Below, one piece after another: positions 57,280 through 60,449 of a stretch of 60,449 nt of DNA (positions within the stretch are counted from its first letter, which is position 1; each line of letters starts with the position of its first letter). Made by a program: the position numbers and the translations under genes. Origin of the DNA: a bacterium. GTDB lineage: Bacteria > Margulisbacteria > Marinamargulisbacteria > SXXA01. The stretch lies in NCBI GenBank assembly GCA_010028705.1, contig RHAI01000003.1, positions 1 through 60,449 of the forward strand. Direction: 5' to 3'. The notes below the pieces were generated by a model that worked only from the letters and a program-made list of their open reading frames with translations, searched no databases and was not told the origin of the DNA.

Positions 57280-60200
57280 AGGAGTATTTGATGTTATATC
57301 GGTTTTTTGAATCACCGACTGAGTCAATAAAGTTGGCATAGTTTAACGAAAGGTTTTTTTCTAAATAATACGTGAGCTCAATATCGGAAAGTTGCAAGGT
57401 GTTACCCGATTTCTGGCGTTCTAAATTGACATTCGTACGTGCTTTTACGTAAAGCTGGTTTGAAAATAAGGATTTTCCGAGACTGACGCCAACGGCTTTA
57501 TTGGAATCAGTTTTAAATAATGCATCGCCTAGGTTGTAATTGATTTGAATGTCATCTAGTCCAATGTTTTGTGCTAGATTTCGTTGGACACCTCTGAGGG
57601 CTACCTGTGAAATATAGTTTACGGCGCCGGTCCCCAATTGGGTGAGAATGCGGCTGTTGGCTTGGGATCCGGATCCCGTATTTGCGAGTAATTCGGGAGC
57701 AAGAATTTTAGCGATCTCGGAGGCATCCCCACCGTTTGATAATCGATAGCTCCCCCGAAACTCCAGTCGATTACTTGCTTCTGAGCTCGAGGATAAATAT
57801 TTGTCAAATTGAAAGCCGTCTAAGCTATACGCCGATCCTGCAATTGTGATCAGCACATGAGTATATTTAGTCAAATCTGTGTCGGCTGATAGGTTCGACG
57901 ATGCCACTTCCAATGGATCCATCACTGCAAGAGCGGTAACATTTAGTTGAGGAATTAGGCGACTTTTGGTCGATGAATAATCCGTTTGGAACGCAACGGT
58001 ATTGTTATGTATTTTGTATTGATTGTTTCGGTAATATTCTCGTTGTCGATCGATTGACAATATTTCAAATTGGCGATTAATCGCGGTGATGAAACCGGTT
58101 GATACGGTGATCGAGTTTTGTATTTTTGGTGAATTGAGTGTCCCAGAAATAACTACTGGTGAAATGGTCTCAGCGATCGATAAATCAAATCGATTTGCAA
58201 AACCGGCCAACAAGTTCTCGCCAATAACACTTCCGACCAAACTGATATTCTTTTTTATAAAACCTTTAATATCCAGTGTGAAATTGGGACGAATATTACG
58301 TTCTCCGATCGTTGGCATCGATAGTTCGCCCTCAGAAAAGTGAACGGTAGCACTGATTAATGGGCCTGTTTCACGTTCGGTTCCGGATATGTCCTTTTGC
58401 AACGACTTTTCGTGGCGAGAGATTGGGATTTTGTAAGGCCCGTTAATGGTGAGTTGGTGGATCTCAACAAGCCCTTGATATATTTGAGGGAAATTTACGG
58501 CAATAGTTGCATCATTGAACGCGAGGTTCATGCCCAGAATGGCTGTATCGGGGTTTAGGAGGCTAAAGTGATCAATGGTCACGGAACCTCTGACCAGCAT
58601 CTCATCAGTATCGGGGTTGGAACTTCCTAATCGCAAGGTATCTACGCCCCGCCATTTAAAGCGGATATCCGAGATGGTTGCTTTGTTATTTTTTATCGCA
58701 AACGTGCCGCTGATGATTTCTAGCGGTGAGGTTATCGGACTCATTTGATCATTGAGTAGAATACTCGCATTGACCAGGGAAACCCGTTCAGTAGAGAGCG
58801 TGGGCGTATCAAGTGGCCCCTCCATTCGAAGGGCGATTGTGCCCTCATTTTTAATCTGTTTAATATGGGGGATTACCAGGGACAACATATTGACGTCATC
58901 GCCTTTCCAGGTAAAAAGCAAATTCATTGGGTGGCCGACATGATCGGGATTCCAGTATGCGGAAATCGGGAATTTCCCGGACAATATAGAGTGGCTTTTG
59001 TTCCGTTGTGTCATGATGTCGGTCGTCTCGATCGACAAGTATCCATTGGTATCGTAAGTGCCAGTACTTTGTAGTAAATCAAAGCTTGAGCCGCCCATGT
59101 CGCCGTCTCGAACTCGAAAGGTGTAGGTAAGTTCATTGGCTTTCGAACTAATCCCTACGCTTATTTCTTTTCCATGTAAAAATGAAATAGTTGCATCTTC
59201 GCAATGGATGTCGGCCGAAATTTCGGGCGGTAAATTCGGCCGTGATCGGGCGTCAATTTTGGCGGAAAACAGTCCGCTTACACTGTCGGAAATGCCGAGA
59301 TCATGAGTGATGGTGTTCGCCGCGATTAACTCGTCGACGATCTGAAGGGTTTTGATTGAATGCTTACTCCCTAGCGAATATAGAATCGGTACGGCCTGGT
59401 TAAACGAGTCATCGACCAGTATGCGCTTGGTGTTTTTGGGTGAATCGCTCGTAATATTAGCGGCAGAAATTTGGAGTTCAGTCGCCGGGGGCGTATTGCC
59501 CACTCGACTCATCCATTCAAAACGGATCCCTTCGATTAAATCCACTAAAAATTCGAGTCTCATCGGTGTTACGGTTAAGCTGACGGCGTAATTTAGTGGC
59601 GGATTTTTGGGTGAATTCAGTTGGCTGAGTTCAAAATATCCATCGATGTCGATTTGACCCTCACGGGGACAAATAGTTAATCGCGATGCGGTCAATTTTC
59701 CGTTGATAATTCCGATTCCCCCAACCACAGACTGTATTTTTACCGTCCCAATTTCTAATGGGTTCATCTTTAAAAAAAGCATAATGTTGGGATTGTCCGG
59801 GTACCCTTGAATAGAACCGGATACACTTCCAGTTCCTGATAGCTTTCCCATTATCGGGGCGATGGTTTGTGAGAAGTCGCTCAAATTAACCGTGGTGCCA
59901 TCGGATATAGTGAGGTCCATTCGGGTGTCGGAAGAAATCCGACCGGATATCGAAATGAGCGAATTATTCTTTTTAAAAATAGAATTTTCGACAGTAAATG
60001 CCTCCCCGTCCCAGGTACCGACCATCAAGAGGTGATCAAAGCTTTGACCTCGAATTTCACCCTGTGTGAGGCGGATATTTCCCGAAGCCACGATGGTGCC
60101 GTAGTTTAAACTTATCGATTTTGGGACTTTAGATTCAACAATGGCACTCCCGGATAATATTCCGGCAAACGGTTTCAATGAATTAGGGATAATTTTTTGA

Positions 60201-60449
60201 AATATGCTATTCTCCGACACTCCAAAATTTGATGCCGTTATAAATAGGTGCCTCGGTATTTTTCCTTCAATTATGCCAGATCCAGAAAGCGCCCCGCCGC
60301 CGGTTATCAGGTCAAGTTGGCGGATGCGTGTGATCGATGGTTCCAGCGTAATATCGAATAAAACACGATCAAACACTTGGCGATATATGCTTGGATTCTC
60401 AAGTGTGCCGTTGGCCGTCACCACTAAAGTGCTCCTGGGATTGGCCCAG
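57269..60449 (-). CDS. tamB: TamB-like translocation/assembly-module protein (DUF490 C-terminus), N-terminus outside window
   Basis: The reading frame stays open from 60424 to the window edge. More than 1050 aa of repetitive beta-rich sequence, ending LGKSLFSNQLYVKARTNV..LTYYLEKNLSLNY..YNIKYSYDF, which is typical of DUF490. Confidence 0.8.
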   Translation of the reverse strand, partial: WANPRSTLVVTANGTLENPSIYRQVFDRVLFDITLEPSITRIRQLDLITGGGALSGSGIIEGKIPRHLFITASNFGVSENSIFQKIIPNSLKPFAGILSGSAIVESKVPKSISLNYGTIVASGNIRLTQGEIRGQSFDHLLMVGTWDGEAFTVENSIFKKNNSLISISGRISSDTRMDLTISDGTTVNLSDFSQTIAPIMGKLSGTGSVSGSIQGYPDNPNIMLFLKMNPLEIGTVKIQSVVGGIGIINGKLTASRLTICPREGQIDIDGYFELSQLNSPKNPPLNYAVSLTVTPMRLEFLVDLIEGIRFEWMSRVGNTPPATELQISAANITSDSPKNTKRILVDDSFNQAVPILYSLGSKHSIKTLQIVDELIAANTITHDLGISDSVSGLFSAKIDARSRPNLPPEISADIHCEDATISFLHGKEISVGISSKANELTYTFRVRDGDMGGSSFDLLQSTGTYDTNGYLSIETTDIMTQRNKSHSILSGKFPISAYWNPDHVGHPMNLLFTWKGDDVNMLSLVIPHIKQIKNEGTIALRMEGPLDTPTLSTERVSLVNASILLNDQMSPITSPLEIISGTFAIKNNKATISDIRFKWRGVDTLRLGSSNPDTDEMLVRGSVTIDHFSLLNPDTAILGMNLAFNDATIAVNFPQIYQGLVEIHQLTINGPYKIPISRHEKSLQKDISGTERETGPLISATVHFSEGELSMPTIGERNIRPNFTLDIKGFIKKNISLVGSVIGENLLAGFANRFDLSIAETISPVVISGTLNSPKIQNSITVSTGFITAINRQFEILSIDRQREYYRNNQYKIHNNTVAFQTDYSSTKSRLIPQLNVTALAVMDPLEVASSNLSADTDLTKYTHVLITIAGSAYSLDGFQFDKYLSSSSEASNRLEFRGSYRLSNGGDASEIAKILAPELLANTGSGSQANSRILTQLGTGAVNYISQVALRGVQRNLAQNIGLDDIQINYNLGDALFKTDSNKAVGVSLGKSLFSNQLYVKARTNVNLERQKSGNTLQLSDIELTYYLEKNLSLNYANFIDSVGDSKNRYNIKYSYDF

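Overview
This 60.4-kb window is a chromosomal segment from a diderm (outer-membrane-bearing) bacterium whose phylum I cannot assign. All calls rest on reading the supplied ORF translations and the DNA by eye; no homology search was run.

I call about 56 protein genes and 2 tRNAs (tRNA-Leu-UAG, tRNA-Pro-UGG). The genes are packed very tightly. By my coordinates only about 1.5 kb (about 2.5%) is intergenic, and many neighbours share ATGA/GTGA/TTGA stop-start overlaps.

The content is overwhelmingly housekeeping:
- Envelope and division: ExbB/ExbD/TonB-like, a giant peptidoglycan (PG) amidase, ftsL-ftsI, murC-murB-ddl, amj, lepB, tamB plus a BamA/TamA-like barrel.
- Biosynthesis: hisZ-hisG, nadC, hom, fabL-like, folC, bioC-bioD, thiS-like, pyrH-frr-uppS-cdsA-dxr.
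- DNA and other functions: udg, gyrB-gyrA, ligA, dprA, pepP, ychF, trxA, pgeF.

I found no CRISPR array, transposase, integrase, phage gene or recognisable defence gene.

The most system-like block is a nine-gene chain at 31602-40241: MoxR ATPase, DUF58, a BatD/DUF4381-like fusion, two VWA proteins, TPR, BatD, TPR-SH3 and an unknown barrel-like protein. It is a variant of the known but mechanistically unexplained Bat aerotolerance operon.

The best candidates for something undescribed are:
- an unrecognisable three-gene cassette (12688-13688) between hom and tRNA-Pro;
- a HEAT-like plus secreted serpin pair whose serpin hinge looks non-inhibitory;
- a GspS/YgiC-like amidoligase translationally coupled to pepP;
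- a sigma-54 activator with an unknown sensor domain fused onto an ftsI-glycosyltransferase chain.

Several operon-first genes appear to have sigma-70-type promoters placed 7-11 nt from the start codon, which suggests leaderless mRNAs. I cannot point to a clear-cut novel system with confidence.
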